The position numbers and the translations under genes were made by a program. This document shows, in pieces, positions 12,069-26,784 of a stretch of 46,657 nt of DNA (position 1 is the stretch's first letter; each line of letters starts with the position of its first letter). The stretch spans positions 23,919,604 to 23,966,260 of the forward strand of contig NC_068993.1 of assembly GCF_001194135.2 (NCBI RefSeq), given 5' to 3'. Source of the DNA: Octopus bimaculoides. Lineage: Eukaryota. The notes under the pieces are model-generated. The model had not been told where the DNA came from, did no database searches, and worked only from the letters and a program-made list of their open reading frames with translations.

Positions 12069-12962
12069 NNNNNNNNNNNNNNNNNNNNNNNNNNNNNNNN
12101 NNNNNNNNNNNNNNNNNNNNNNNNNNNNNNNNNNNNNNNNNNNNNNNNNNNNNNNNNNNNNNNNNNNNNNNNNNNNNNNNNNNNNNNNNNNNNNNNNNNN
12201 NNNNNNNNNNNNNNNNNNNNNNNNNNNNNNNNNNNNNNNNNNNNNNNNNNNNNNNNNNNNNNNNNNNNNNNNNNNNNNNNNNNNNNNNNNNNNNNNNNNN
12301 NNNNNNNNNNNNNNNNNNNNNNNNNNNNNNNNNNNNNNNNNNNNNNNNNNNNNNNNNNNNNNNNNNNNNNNNNNNNNNNNNNNNNNNNNNNNNNNNNNNN
12401 NNNNNNNNNNNNNNNNNNNNNNNNNNNNNNNNNNNNNNNNNNNNNNNNNNNNNNNNNNNNNNNNNNNNNNNNNNNNNNNNNNNNNNNNNNNNNNNNNNNN
12501 NNNNNNNNNNNNNNNNNNNNNNNNNNNNNNNNNNNNNNNNNNNNNNNNNNNNNNNNNNNNNNNNNNNNNNNNNNNNNNNNNNNNNNNNNNNNNNNNNNNN
12601 NNNNNNNNNNNNNNNNNNNNNNNNNNNNNNNNNNNNNNNNNNNNNNNNNNNNNNNNNNNNNNNNNNNNNNNNNNNNNNNNNNNNNNNNNNNNNNNNNNNN
12701 NNNNNNNNNNNNNNNNNNNNNNNNNNNNNNNNNNNNNNNNNNNNNNNNNNNNNNNNNNNNNNNNNNNNNNNNNNNNNNNNNNNNNNNNNNNNNNNNNNNN
12801 NNNNNNNNNNNNNNNNNNNNNNNNNNNNNNNNNNNNNNNNNNNNNNNNNNNNNNNNNNNNNNNNNNNNNNNNNNNNNNNNNNNNNNNNNNNNNNNNNNNN
12901 NNNNNNNNNNNAGAAAAACACGGAGAAAAAAAATTGAATAGTGTTCAGTCAACGGTCAATCA

Positions 12963-12995
<33 letters not shown>

Positions 12996-14146
12996 ACATG
13001 TATGTATGTATGTATGTATGTATGTATGCATGCATGTATGTATATGTATATTCAAATAGATCCGTTTATGCATACATTCCCATGTGTGTCTGTGTATTTG
13101 CACATCTATCTCTGTAACATAGTCATCTTTGCCTGTGTCATGCGTGTGGTGATGTATTGACCACCGATTACAAAATCCGCTTTGTGCCAAACGGTAAAAT
13201 AACCAATTTATAAAACATAGTGTGATTAAACAAGAAGAAGAATTCAATAATTAGGAGAGGCGTTATGATTAACTAAAATGAATGCAGGTGCATTACTGCA
13301 TTGATACAGCCCATTGGCTAAATCATTTAATTGGACATATAATGGGTATGGTGAACTAGTAGCTAATCTTGGCCATAAAAGGAAGTAACTCTACTTCTTA
13401 TGTCATCGCTGTGAGATACAGACTCTCTTTCTCTCTCAGTCACAGTTTCATGCACTCGTACTCTTTTTCCACATGCACACACACACACACACAAACATAC
13501 GTTTACACAAACACACATGTATATCTAGTTTATAACTTGCCAAATTTTGTATTAAAAATATTTTATTACATCTAGATTTTTACAATTTATGTATATTTTT
13601 TTCTCACGTGAAGTTTCTACGTTTGTAACAGTCGTCAAGTAAATGCTTGCATAACAATAGCATTTATATCGGGGTTCCTCTTCTTCTAACGACATTTAAG
13701 TCATAAAGATTACAACATAGGAGAATTAAGGAATTTTTTATTGCTACATGTTTCTGAATGAATACTGTATGGATCTAATATTTACTGCCTGCATATTTGT
13801 ATGAGCTATAATAAGGAATTTCTACTCTGGTCAATATATATATTGTCTTAATTGAGATATTTGATTCAATAAATATTATATCTGCTCATCTTATCTTAGC
13901 AAAGATTTTTTCTGGTGGCTTTTGTATTGATATGATATATAAGCTGCATGTATAAAATATGTACCATAACGATTGTCACTATGATTACATATGGTTAAGT
14001 CACCGTCGCTGTTTAAATACAACTTTGGCTGTCTTAAGATTTGTTTTAGAAGTTTGGATTGTAATATGATTTAAATAAATATTCGATCTTTAATTAAATC
14101 CTATAATTTATCTTACACTCTGCTAAGAAGCTAATGTGGTAAGATG

Positions 14147-14626
14147 TTGTTGTTGGCACTCCGTCGCTTACGACGTTGAGGGTTCCAGTTGATCCCATCA
14201 ACGGAACAGCCTGCTCGTGAAATTAACGTGCAAGTGGCTGAGCACTCCACAGACACGTGTATCCTTAACCTAGTTCTCGGGGATATTCAGCGTGACACAG
14301 TGTGACAAGGCTGGCCCTTTGNNNNNNNNNNCTGAGCACTCCACAGACACGTGTATCCTTAACCTAGTTCTCGGGGATATTCAGCGTGACACAGTGTGAC
14401 AAGGCTGGCCCTTTGAATTACAGGTACAACAGAAACAGGAAGAAAGAGTGAGAGTAAGTTGTGGTGGAAGAGTACAGCAGGATTCGCCACCATCCCCTGC
14501 CGGAGCCTTGTGGAGCTTTAGGTGTTGTTGCTTAATAAGAACTCACAACGCCCGGTCTGGGAATCGAAACCGTGATCCTATGACCGCGAGTCCGCTGCCC
14601 TAACCACTGGGCCATTGCGCCTCCAC
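14147..14626 (-). mobile_element. Full-length tRNA-derived SINE with 12-bp TSD
   Basis: Head GTGGAGGCGCAATGGCCCAGTGGTTAGGGC...GGTTTCGATTCCC, (CAA)n tail, TSD TGTGGTAAGATG at 14135-14146 and 14627-14638. The 84-nt duplication across the gap (14238-14321 = 14332-14415) is probably an assembly artefact. Confidence 0.92.
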
Positions 14627-16025
14627 TGTGGTAAGATGATATTAGAAATATCCAGATTATGTTGATTATGTGTTAATGCATCCTTCTTTCTTGCATTTCT
14701 CGAGGTTGTTTTATATGTATTCGTTTTCTATGATCTGTAACATTTTGTATAAGTAAGTTTGAATATTTATAAAGTAGGAATCTCTTAAGGATTGCGACGC
14801 TTTGTTTTCGGATATTTATTTTCCCTCACTTCTCGATATTGGATGAATGCTCTATATGTTGCGTGGTGCGATTTAAAACACATTATTGATTTTCTCTCAT
14901 TCTTTAAAAAATATATCTCGGCAGTAATCTTTGTGTTAGTTTAATCACGGTTACTTGAGAAATGATAATTTTGTGGTGCTTATCTCTTTTGGAGAAGACG
15001 GTTTTCGTTACCGTTGAATTCTAAATTAGCTAGAAATTTTATGTAACTTAAAAAACCGAATAATATCTACAACTATTTTACATACGACCTCTCTATATTT
15101 TCTCAAAATTCAATATCACAATTTTCACTATTCCTGGATACACATTAGTTAGAACAAATTTGGTTTGAAAAATAATGTATCGTTCTCATGGAGGATACTG
15201 AGACTGTCTACCTACTTGAAATTGCCCCTCAGTGAATTTTGACCGACTATTTGATTCTTGTTTTCCTAATTAATCTGGAATCATTTGTTTGATGGTTTAC
15301 TACAATAAATTCATTTTAGAATAAAAAATAGCAACATTATTCCTAATGTATTTAGTTTCTCATGTAGCTGGAAACTGATTTGAAAATAGCGTTAATTAAA
15401 TTACTTAGACGTTGAGTAGTTTATTGAGTACCAGCTATGATCGTCGTAAAAAAATGACTTCTTTTAGTTTCAGCCACTTTATATTTTCACTGCATTGTTC
15501 TATTACTGCATTGCGAGATCTTTTTGTATAAGTCGGCGATAAAAATTGATAGATTTTGTTTCAAATTGATAGTCATTCTCCTTAGTGGTAAGTGAATTAC
15601 GATGTTTTAAAACAACGTTGGTAGCTGTTTCATAACGCGGCGATTAATATTTGCAAGTATTTCTGAATAAACGTTCGTATCATTTATCTGCTTAAATTCC
15701 GATAATGTTCAAAAACCATAATCACAACAAAACTTTGAAAGATTTACAGGAACAAGTTGACTCTCCGCAACTTGTTTTTTTATTTAATCCTGGTACTTAT
15801 TCTGCTGTACATTTCTGCGAATCTCTAAGTTCCGGGAATCTAACCAAGCTGGTTGTCAAATGGAGAAGACAATTACAAAGATATGCACACACATTCATGT
15901 ACTCACGCGCACACACACGTCGTACATACACACATACGCACACGTATACACACACACACACGCACACACACAGGCACGTGCACGCACATATATAGATATA
16001 AACGTAGGGTCTACAGTTCCTGTCA

Positions 16026-16108
16026 ACCAAATTCACTCAGAAATTCTTGGCGGGCCCGAGATAATAGTGAAAGACCTCTGTCAAAGGTGCCACGCACCCG
16101 GACCAAAA
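16026..16108 (-). mobile_element. SINE fragment
   Basis: CCAAATTCACTCAGAA...AAGGTGCCACGCA is the reverse complement of the body of the 3609 family. Confidence 0.6.
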
Positions 16109-16842
16109 GCAAAAGTACGATATTGCCCACCAATAGGCTGAGATATAGACGATTTTTCCCAATATTCTGAAAACTGTGCAGATATTTCCAACTTGGCAAC
16201 TTGGGAAGAATATCATTTTCTTGGTTTATTTTCCCATGTCTTTCTTTTGGTGGAATGTATTTTGATTCATTCTTTATAACATATCTGTCATCTCACTGAC
16301 TTTCTTAGCGAGCAGTTCAACCAATTATATTTTCCAGCATAAAAATAGGTATACTCTCTTCCAGCTCTTGATTGCTACATTATTTTTTAGTTATTTTGCC
16401 GTTCTAGTGAGTAAGGTCTTCCTTAGATACATTTAAAGTCTCATATCTCTCTTACGCTTTATTCTCCCGTGCAATAAATGTATATGTATATCTACTACAT
16501 ATATACGTATTTATTTCTGTGTATCTATATATACACAGGCCTTGCATTGCATCAACGGTGACTCATTTCAGTGATCCTTTCTAACAATGGCTTTGCTCGT
16601 AGACGAGAAAGCATCTTGCACGTGGAATGTTGGTGATCTTTCTTTTCTCCATGTTTCTTTTCTTATGGACTTTGCTATGTCTGCTGTTTCCGAAGAAGAG
16701 CTTGGTTAGAAAAGTAAGACAACCACTCTTTCTTTCCTTCTCCGCGCGTCTTATTAATACTTTGCATGTACCACGTCCAAGTGTTGTTGTTTTTTCATGT
16801 TTCTTTGTCTCCTTTTTTATTAATTATATATATATATATAAA

Positions 16843-17046
16843 CGCAGGAGTAGATTTGGGGTAAGTAACTTGCTTACCAACCACATGGTTTCGGGTTCAG
16901 TTCCACTGTGTAGCACCTTGGGCAAGTTTCTTCTACTATGGCCTTGTGAGTGGATTTGATAGACAGAAACTGAAAGAAGCCCGTCGTATATGCATTATAT
17001 GTTCGACTACATATAATCAAATGACTGAAACAAATAAAAGAATAAA
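16843..17046 (+). mobile_element. SINE (3609 family), internally shortened
   Basis: GGTTCAGTTCCACTG, GGCAAGT, ACAGAAACTGAAAGAAGCCCGTCGTATA and AAATGACTGAAACAAATAAAAGAATAAA blocks. Confidence 0.85.
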
Positions 17047-20038
17047 ATAATATATATATATCTACATTCAGAAAATATATGTGCATATATTTGCACACAC
17101 ACTCACACACACATATATGTATACATTTACATATACATATTTGAATTCATGCATATACATAAGTTTTGTATGTGTATGACAATTTGTGGGGGGCGTGGGT
17201 GTTTATTGAAATTTTTTCTCGTCCGCATATTTATATAAACATATGTGTAACAGTAAAAAAGAAGCCTCTATAAATTGTGTGCAGCACATTTGAAGATATG
17301 TATTGAGAATTTATATCGTCTCATGTAATTATATTTTGAGAAATTCCATCAATATATGGTGCACTGCATGTACTTATACATATCTACATACTACATTGTA
17401 TATATATACGTGGAACGGCAAACATTACTGGAATAATATATTGTTTGGATTTATGAATGTTCCCTCGCATGTTATACTGAGTTTCTTGATTTCATTATCT
17501 TATCTCCACTTTTTTCTATCATTCCGCCTTCTGTTGTTGTCTTTTATTACGCATCTCTCACAATATCACTCCTTCACACACTCCATCTCTCTCCTACTTT
17601 GTCTCATACTTTGATTTTGATTACCTGTTTACAGTCCAGTAGATTCTTGTTCTACATGAAGTGAGTATTTATTATTTTATTTTAACTTTAGTCAATATAA
17701 TCCATTTTCGATGCATTGATACATATAAGACAGGAAAAATATCGGCTTTAGCTTTTGTACTTTTATAATACACAGCAATATATTTCCTAGAATGTTGCTG
17801 CAACAAATATTTACATTTTGTGAGCTAGAAGATATTTTATTATGAAATACATAACTTAGTGAATTGTACATAATAATATTATGGCTATTTTACAACATGA
17901 ATGTTTGCTTAAATTGAAAATAAGCTGAAAATTTAAAGGATTCTTGAATTTTTTTTTTTTTTGGTATCTGCTGTAATCTTCCATGATTTCTTAATTATCA
18001 TAAGTATAATCGATCGACATCATTTTGTTGGGTTCTATGCAATACATCTAAAGTATTATTATTGATATTTTGAAGATAATATCTTGGGTATTTTCAATTA
18101 TTAATTTTACGAACTACGTTTCCCTCCATTGCGTTACTACAAGTGATTTTTTTATAAACCTGAAAGGACAAATAATATAAATCAAAAACCAAACGCAAGT
18201 ATTACAAAGGACATTAAATATATTTGATAATGCAACATAATAACTTGCTTAAATCTGTGCAAAAATTTCTAATATTATGCCCCAACAAAATCAGGAGATC
18301 TATTGTAATATTAATTTGATAGGATATTTTCTTTCTGTTTCTATTGGTATTTCATTTGGACACAATTCCCTTTGGACACCTAAGTCTTTTGGACATATAT
18401 GTCTTTTTCTCTGATCATATTTAATGCTTCACACATACCCAGATTTTGATTGTTATGAAAATTAATCGTGTGTAAATGATAGATTAGATTTACGAAAATT
18501 TACAAGTGAAAACAACTGAAATATGATCGACTAATATTTAGAAAATTCATCACCGTTATACATTCTCTACAAATCATTGTGCCAAAATGTACATGTCCTT
18601 TTGCTTAGTTAGGATCGCTTACGAGGGTTTGATTTCCATATTACCTCTAGTTTTAAGGGAGATGACTATCAAGAACTTGCAATTCATAAAATGAATGTTT
18701 TTTTTCTTCTTTATATGACACAGGTGGTACTGATAAAAGCGTGTGCATCAAACTCGTTTTTGTATCTTATAGTTCGGTACCACATATCATTCAGCCAACT
18801 GTATTAATGTTTTATTTTTCTTTACTCAGTCTAGTAACAAGGTTTTTCTACATTCTAGTTATGCTTAACAGAATGATTGTGGTACATATTACAATGCTTA
18901 CGTGGTATTCGAAATGCAAAGTCGGTATTGAAGTGAAGGATTATATGCTCCCCCGAACTCATAGTCTGAAATCTACACCAAGTATCATAATGAGTTGCTT
19001 CTTCGTGCTTGCTCTCCAGATAACACTAGGAACATCTGTGGCTGTTTATAAACAAACATGATCATTTGTAAAGATGGCTCGTACTCAAACGCGTAACACT
19101 TCAATATATTGCTTTTGCAATAAGTGATCTCCTCTTTTTACCATATGTATAACTCTTTCATAGACATGGCATTTTCGAGCAGAATATGTATATCCATACG
19201 GAAATTAACTAATGACTTCCTTTTTCCCCAGTGCTTTAACCAAACTACAGGTTTTAGTTCCCATCAATATCTGTAGCAGTGGCGCTTAACTTCACTCGAA
19301 GTTTACCAACATTCACATCGTATATACAAGTTCAATAACCAGCACACTATTCCATCATCATAACTTGGTAGAAAGAGTACGCTTCCAGGCGCAGAATTGG
19401 ACAAGGTTCATTCAGATTTCTTTTTCGAAAACATATGGACTATCAGCATTTTTTTAGCAAGACATGTATATCTCTTTCTCTTAGCTGCTTTTTTCTTCAG
19501 GTTAATTTTTTAGCGGTTATTCTTTAGTTAAGAACGCATTTCTTTTGTGATGTTCGTCTTTCACATTTTTCGAGAAGTTTGTGCCTCGGAACTCGTTTTG
19601 AACTGAAACGCTAAGAAAATATTATTGTCTATTCTGTTGTTATTTAATTAAATGTTTATTGTGGTTTTTAAACTGTAACAGCAATTCCTTCATTTTGAAG
19701 CTGTGCCTGTTTTATTGTAACTTTCTACTTCTAAGAAATTTACCAGGAACATCGCTTTCAGAATCAAACTGCTACCATGACTGTAGCATCTACTCCTGTG
19801 ACCACAGAGATAGCCAATACAGGGATCGTTAAAATGTATACATGTTTAACAAAAGTTATTAAATAAAAGCTTATTCTATCGCAGGAAATCGAGTGAACAT
19901 TTCAATAATAAAAAAACATTTTGTTGTATAAGTTGAGTAAAAATACTGCCTTTCCATTTCATTCAGTAAATCGGGAAGTTTCTCTCACCTTATGGGCGTG
20001 GGTCCTTTTGAACGCTTTCCTTCACGTCAACAATAGAA

Positions 20039-20130
20039 GTGAATAATAGAAGTGGCAGCAGTAGCACTAGTAGTAATAGCAGTAGTACTAATAATAATAG
20101 TGGTAGTAGTAGCAGCAGCAGCAGTAGTGA

Positions 20131-20193
<63 letters not shown>

Positions 20194-20266
20194 CAGCAGC
20201 AGCAACAGCAGCAACAGCGGCAGCAACAATAGGAACAACAACAACAACAACAATAATAATAATAAC

Positions 20267-20326
<60 letters not shown>
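20039..20326. repeat. Compound trinucleotide microsatellite (TAG/CAG/CAA/TAA)
   Basis: Direct reading; it explains the overlapping homopolymer ORFs. Confidence 0.97.
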
Positions 20327-20328
<2 letters not shown>

Positions 20329-20654
20329 TAGTTCGACTCTAACAACATGGGTAAAAAAAACAGGAAAGCACTTATATAAGAATATCTAAATAGAATACGA
20401 AATCAACTTGAGAGAGAAAATGTAAGAAAAAAAACCGAAATAATAGAGAAAGTAAAAAGGAAATAAAACAGCATCGGAGGCAGATTCACAGACTCACACA
20501 CAACCACATACATCTAAAGAATAAAGCACAAATAAATAGATAAAAATCAATGCAAGTGCAACTAATAATGGCTGAATTGTTCTGTAAGTCATGCAAGTAG
20601 AATAATTAATTGGAATGTGTATCGTTATTTTGATGTTGCTCTTTGTCTTACATC

Positions 20655-20724
20655 ACATTCCCACCATCACCATCACCACCAAACCAATAAAAGCAACACT
20701 AGCACCAAGACCTGAAACAAAACC

Positions 20725-20767
<43 letters not shown>

Positions 20768-21062
20768 GACTACTAATACTACTACTACTAACACTACTAA
20801 CACTACTACTAATACCTTCTTTTTCTACTGTATCTAACAATAATATCACGTTTACTGCTACCACTCTTTTCAGTTCGACAAACTCGTCTACTACTACTCA
20901 TAGTAACAATAATAATACTTGAAATGACACCACCACGACCAAGTTCACAAACACCGCCACCACCACCACCATTATCACGTCCGCACCACTACTACTACCA
21001 CCACCAACACCACCGCCAGTACTACTGCTATTACTACTACTGCTGACAAACGCTTAGTAGTA
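20655..21062. repeat. Degenerate (ACT)n/(CAC)n low-complexity tract
   Basis: Direct reading. Confidence 0.9.
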
Positions 21063-21890
21063 GCAATTATTCGCAAAATACTAAAGCGAATGAAAAGAGT
21101 ACGACAACACTATCATTTCTGCAAATACGACTGTCACGATCGCCCTCATCACCGCAAATCAGATTCGTACCAATGTAATTTGCTATGTTCTGCGTCTCAG
21201 TACAGTTTCCCGAAAGCTTGTAACGATTGGAAAAAAACATGTTGGCCATAATTAACAAATCTTTAGAATGAGATTCTGATGTCTGCAATATAGAAAGAGA
21301 TATAAAACGTATAAGAGAAGGGATCTGAATAGTGCTCCAGAGCAATATATGTATCTTACAATACAAATAAGGTGAGAAAATGAGGCAAAAATAAACAATA
21401 GAAAATAAGTTTGACATAAAAGCATCAAAATCTAATAATGGAAAAACCAGAACGCATCTCAAAGAATTTTATCTGCTAGAAGGATTAAGGTGTCCCTTTA
21501 ATTGAGATTAATTCATTTGATGTTTCCTTGTTTTATATTTCTTGTAATTTTAAATTAAAGTAGATGCAATTTTGAGNNNNNNNNNNTATATATATATATA
21601 TGTATATATATACGCACATTTCGCCCTTAATGTGTGTCAGAGCAGTTTCTTGAACACGAGCCTGTAAACACAATTGTAGACGCTAGCACACAAAATGCCA
21701 AACTTATATTCAAATGACAAAAATATCTTATGCAAACACACATACGCACGCCATATTTACACAACATTTTGACGTACAACTTGTTATACACAAAAGTGTG
21801 TGCAATATATGTATTTGGAAAAATACATTAAGTTAGAATCGTAATATGACCGACAGAAAACACACTTCAAGTCACACACAGGAAACATCG

Positions 21891-21925
<35 letters not shown>

Positions 21926-22099
21926 AAATCACTTCTCATTAGATACACACTTGTAAAACTAGTCACAAATACACACGGTATATACACACGTTTAGGAATG
22001 CACGCCGTAAACAAATGCGAATTAATTTCATTTTTTATATACCAATGAGAATTTTAATCGACATAATTAAACTTTTGAGTTGGACAAATTTCCTGATTC

Positions 22100-22135
22100 T
22101 TCATCACCATCATCATCGTCGTCTTCATCATCATC

Positions 22136-22167
<32 letters not shown>

Positions 22168-22571
22168 CATAACCGCTATGATCAACACTATATTTACTAT
22201 CCTCAACAACATTATCATCGTCTTCAGCGTTGAAATCACCATAGCAATCTCCAAAATAATTACCATCGTCTTCGTTCACATCATCGTCATCATCAGTATC
22301 CTTACTGTTAGCAACACCGTCACCTCCATCACCTTCATCTTCATAATCACTGTTATCTGCGCTCTGATATACTTTTCTCTTTCTCCCCTCTCCCCCTTCG
22401 CCGCATCGTCACCCTTACTTTCATTACCATTATCTCCCCGTCCCCATTCTTGATATAAACGTCAACATAATTAACATGGTTATCACCATGGATATTTTCC
22501 TTGCTAACCATCACCACCACCACTGTCGCCACTCCCAACAACCACCACCACCACCTGGTCCATCATCATCG

Positions 22572-22602
<31 letters not shown>

Positions 22603-22605
22603 TAT
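22100..22605. repeat. (CAT)n/(CAC)n degenerate trinucleotide tract
   Basis: Direct reading. Confidence 0.9.
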
Positions 22606-24049
22606 CCTTTTGTTGATTATTATATAACCATCGAACCAAATATCAGTAATCTTTCGGACTCGACCTACTAGAAATAGCAGCTACATTTTCAAAATCACAA
22701 TACGAATATATTGATCAATATCGTCCAAAAATAAACAAAAAGCAATATTTGGATAATCACTAGTATAAAATCTTACTAATGGGTTGACAACAATAATACT
22801 TGAATATATTTTAACGTAATTGGACCGATAACCTCAGTTAACTCTTGCCTGTTCTACACAGACTTTTTCAGTCTGTGATTGGTTATATGAGAGATTGTGT
22901 ATGTCATTAGATTAATATTCATTTTAATTGTATTGTTATTCTTTATCCATTTCATTTATTTCTTCTTTTTTCTGGCTTTCGTCTGGAAAATCATGTTTTT
23001 CTTATTTTCTTCTCATTGATTTGTTATGAAGCTTCAATATATCTATTATTCTATATATTTTGTCTTTGATATGTTCCTTGCTTCTTTCCTTTTGCATTGT
23101 TTCTTCCTACTCGTGCCATTTAAATCACCCTTTACTTTTCCACACCTTCAGTTTCTAAACATTTTCTTTCTAGCCATTCTTTGCTTCCTCTCATATATTT
23201 ATTTCTTTTATGTACATCCATTAGACAAAGTAACATTTGTTTTCTTTAGACATTGATTTTCTACATCAAGATCATCAGATTATGTCTCCGAATATTCCTT
23301 CACACAAATTGTCTTGTTAAAAAATTCCAAACTTTTCCAATAGACAACTATCAACACAAAAATCTTCCTTCTCTTCAGGCAACCCTAAACCAGGCACATA
23401 TATTCCAAACTTATTTGATATTTTCTCATATTAAAACTGTGACCAGAACTATAATTATTTCTGCACATATTGAATCAACTGACCAAAGCTTTATTATCAC
23501 TATCCAAACCATATATACATGCTTCTACAAAGCAATCCTCACTTGCGAACACCAGAGTACATATATTTTAGTAATTTCTCGGACTCTACTATTTTATTTA
23601 ACTGACCTGGCAGAAACAGTGTTTCGACAAAACCCCATTAGAAATAGCTTAGCAAGTGAGTTAAACACCCTGTCACAGGTTTTCGTCAACATATCATAGG
23701 TAAAAGCTCAAAATACATAGAGACAAGTGTTTCTACAAAAGTAGTTCTTCGTATTCAGATAACGACGCGGTATCGACATTAACGTATACACTTCAATTGA
23801 TCTAAACCAATTAATGTTTTACATTGAATGTATGAAAGGCAAAACTGACATCAGTCGGGCGTGGATAGTGGACATAAAGTACCTGAACAACCAGTGCAAA
23901 GTAATTTGTGCAACGTTCTAATGATTAAACTGACCGACAAGAAAACAGCACAATTGTCGGAAGAGAAATATGAAATATTTCCTTACTTTCGGTAGAAAAT
24001 GCTTTTCCTACACATAGTATATAGTGACAAACCATATTCCTACTCAGTT

Positions 24050-25010
24050 CGTGTGAGTTACTGGACTTTCGTATTCAAATTTTCGTTGTTTTAAAACCTT
24101 AAGTTCCTCAGTATCACATTTTCCATGCGGCATACCAGTGTAGTGTGATACCAAGTGTTACATATTTTTGGCGTACTAGATTATGTTTTTGTCAGTATAT
24201 ATCTTGCTATGTTACGGGTTTCTGTTGCTCATATTATTTCCTATGTTCTGGTGACACTTGATGGCGGACAAAATCCTCCTGTTTTTATTTGCAGTTCCTG
24301 ACGCTTCCAGACTTGTAAGTAGTGCTTAAATTGCTTAAGTTGCGGTTGATGTACTTATGGTGGCTGTTCGTCAGGTGTTTTCTATGTGTAGTCTTTGTGG
24401 TGTTTGCAGTTGAAGGGGACTTCTTTCGGAAGTTATTTTTTATGATCATGTGGCAGATAGACTTGGAGTGATTAGAATTTCAACAGTTGTAGTATTGAAG
24501 CCATTTACTCTTAATAAACATATGGAGTTTCTGCCCTCCGCAGATCTCTTTTATTGTGGTCTAATTCTCATATTTGAGCCTATGTCGAGTTCTGTGTTTT
24601 CAGTGCTGAATAACCTGTCACTTCTCAGTACCACTTTGGCACATTCCTCCATTTCCATGTTAATCGTAATATCCTTGCTGAAAATACGGACAACTTTTTG
24701 ATGAATTCTGCTCAGTGGTATTCTTGGTGAAAATGTTTAAGACATCCATATATAGGAAATGGTTTGTAGTTTATTTATAGTATTTGTAACTCATCGTGAC
24801 TTCATCTCAGAAGTTTGTTTGTGTAGTCAAGATAAGGTTGAAAAGCAGGTGGGGACAACACGTCTCCTTGAAAATTTTCTCTTCTTGTGGGTGTAGGGCA
24901 GCATTTAATAACTTGTAACTCATGTTTCAATATTATACTGATTTTCTAATTTGTCATTGCATGACTGATATATTTTAGTAGATTTGGAGCTACTTTAGTT
25001 GTGGTAGATT
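24050..25010 (-). mobile_element. R4/Dong-like RLE non-LTR retrotransposon fragment a, heavily decayed
   Basis: Minus strand gives KVAPNLLKYISHAM...RRENFQGDVLSP (about 24860-24880), then a decayed YMDD region and remnants of the KGETEGF block. Confidence 0.65.
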
Positions 25011-25029
25011 ATTTTATTGGATATGTGCT

Positions 25030-26738
25030 ATGTAGAGCGTGTCTTGTGTTTGTGGATTATTTTATTTGAGTTGTATTATTGAATTGATTGTGTCTTGCGT
25101 AGAATGTGGGATGTTCCTAGCAAGGCTATTTTTTGAATAGTGTAAAATGTTCAGAAGCCAAGTATAGCTTTTCCGTTTTGTTCACATGTATTTTTTTTTA
25201 TCATGCCCCATGCTCCAATTATTACTGGTATTGTTTTCATCTTGAATACTTCCTTTTCATCTTGAATACTTCAATTTTGAGGTCTTTGTACTTGGATAAT
25301 ATTTCCACTTCTTTCTGGACAATGTTTTGGTCAACAAGAAATGCAATGTAAGTTGGTGTTTTTGTTTCCAATCCTTGATTATTATGTCTGGGCGACTAGT
25401 CTCTAACTCTTTGTCGGTTTAAACAGGCATAACCCAGATGATTGTTGTCTGGTATAGTGTTGGCATGTTGTCCAGTGGATATAATTAATTATTCGGTCGT
25501 TTCTGTTCAGATATGGCAGGGATAGGACATCCAGTGATGATATGGTTAACTGTCTCATTGTGCTGGTTGCACATTCTGCATTCGGTTTTAGGGCCTGTTT
25601 TCATTATTTTGCTTTTGTAATTGTTTGTAGTCAGACATTGATCATGTGTAGAAAGAGTCAGTCCTTCCGTTTAAGCTTTTAATGCAGAGCTTTTGAGCCA
25701 TTCCTGGCTTTTACTTAGGCTCACTTTTCCTCTGTTAAGCATTACAAGGTAATGATCATGGAGTGATTTTCCTCTCCATTTCTTCTTTAGTATGTTTTTT
25801 AGTTCTGTTTTATCTGACTGTTTCTTCGATGTTGTCAACTGAGGTCACTGTATCAGTGTACTTTTTTTTTGGGGGGGGGATTTTGTCACCTGCTTGTGTA
25901 TAGAGAAATGCATGTTCTTTTTTCTTGTTGCTTTATTACAAGCAGTAGTCTTCACTTTTTTCTTTCTAAGTACTTCTCTTGTCCAAATCTTATTATTTCA
26001 TGAGAGTTCTCTATCTGGATAATGTTACGGCTTCCTTCTGTTTTGGAGTGGTGAGTTTCCTGCGTTTTCTAAATTTCTCATTTCACTGATCTTCCCGTTG
26101 ATTATGTTGATGTTGTAATTTATGATAGGTATGGCTAGCATGTTTACTTTCATTATCTTATTGTTAGAATTAAGATCATTGTTTTTACCATTGAGCGTTT
26201 AACATTTGTGTAACTCGTCTGTAATACTCTCTCTTAAGTTTCTCTTTCATTTCTGTAAGTTGTATTTTAGTTGTTGCGTCTATTTCTAGATATTTGAATG
26301 GGCGATTGTGGTCTACTTTCCTGGTTTCTGTGTCTATATCGAGTGCAGTGTTTTCAGTTCTGATTAATTTGATTTTTCTCAGTGTCACTTTGGTACATTT
26401 GTTCAGCCTCATGCACATCCCAAAGTTCTTGCTGAAGATATGGACAATTTAAAAGATTTATCTGTTCCGGGGTAAATTTAGTGAAATCTTTAAAATCATC
26501 CATGTACAGGAGATGGTTTATTGTTTGTCCATAACATCCATTACCCATCGTGGTTTCATCTACCAAGTTTATTAGCGTTGTCAGAGAAAGGTAGAACAGC
26601 AAGAGTGACAGGGAGTCTCCCTGGGGAAAAAAACCCTTCATATTTGTAGAGGGCAGGTTTTAATGACTTATAATTCATTTTTCAATGTTATACTAGTTTT
26701 CCAGTTTGCCATTACATATTTGATAAATTTTAGTAGTG
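25030..26738 (-). mobile_element. R4/Dong-like RLE non-LTR fragment b (RT C-half to RLE end)
   Basis: QGDSLSLLLF...HLLYMDDFK; WLKSSALKA*TEG; CRMCNQHNETVNHIITGC (CCHC); SRPDIIIKD; PVIIGAWGMIKK, followed by the C-terminal block. Confidence 0.88.
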
Positions 26739-26741
26739 TCA

Positions 26742-26742
<1 letters not shown>

Positions 26743-26784
<42 letters not shown>

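Noticed and set aside
14238-14415. 84-nt direct duplication inside a SINE
   Set aside because: The copies are identical and flank a 10-N gap, typical of unmerged contig overlap.
16110-16450. Possible very old RTE remnants (also 23050-23650, 30980-31060 and 36430-37100)
   Set aside because: Only scattered few-residue similarities, below the level I can support.
19200-19600. Faint resemblance to a decayed DNA-transposase segment on the minus strand
   Set aside because: It needs many frameshifts, and no catalytic motif is convincing.
19984-20045. Possible minus-strand splice donor (AG/GTGAG) next to a microsatellite
   Set aside because: No acceptor, open frame or partner exon could be supported.
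21067-21462. 131-aa minus-strand ORF with hydrophobic stretches (superficially membrane-protein-like)
   Set aside because: No recognisable motif. Hydrophobic bias is expected from T-rich DNA, and there is no splice support.
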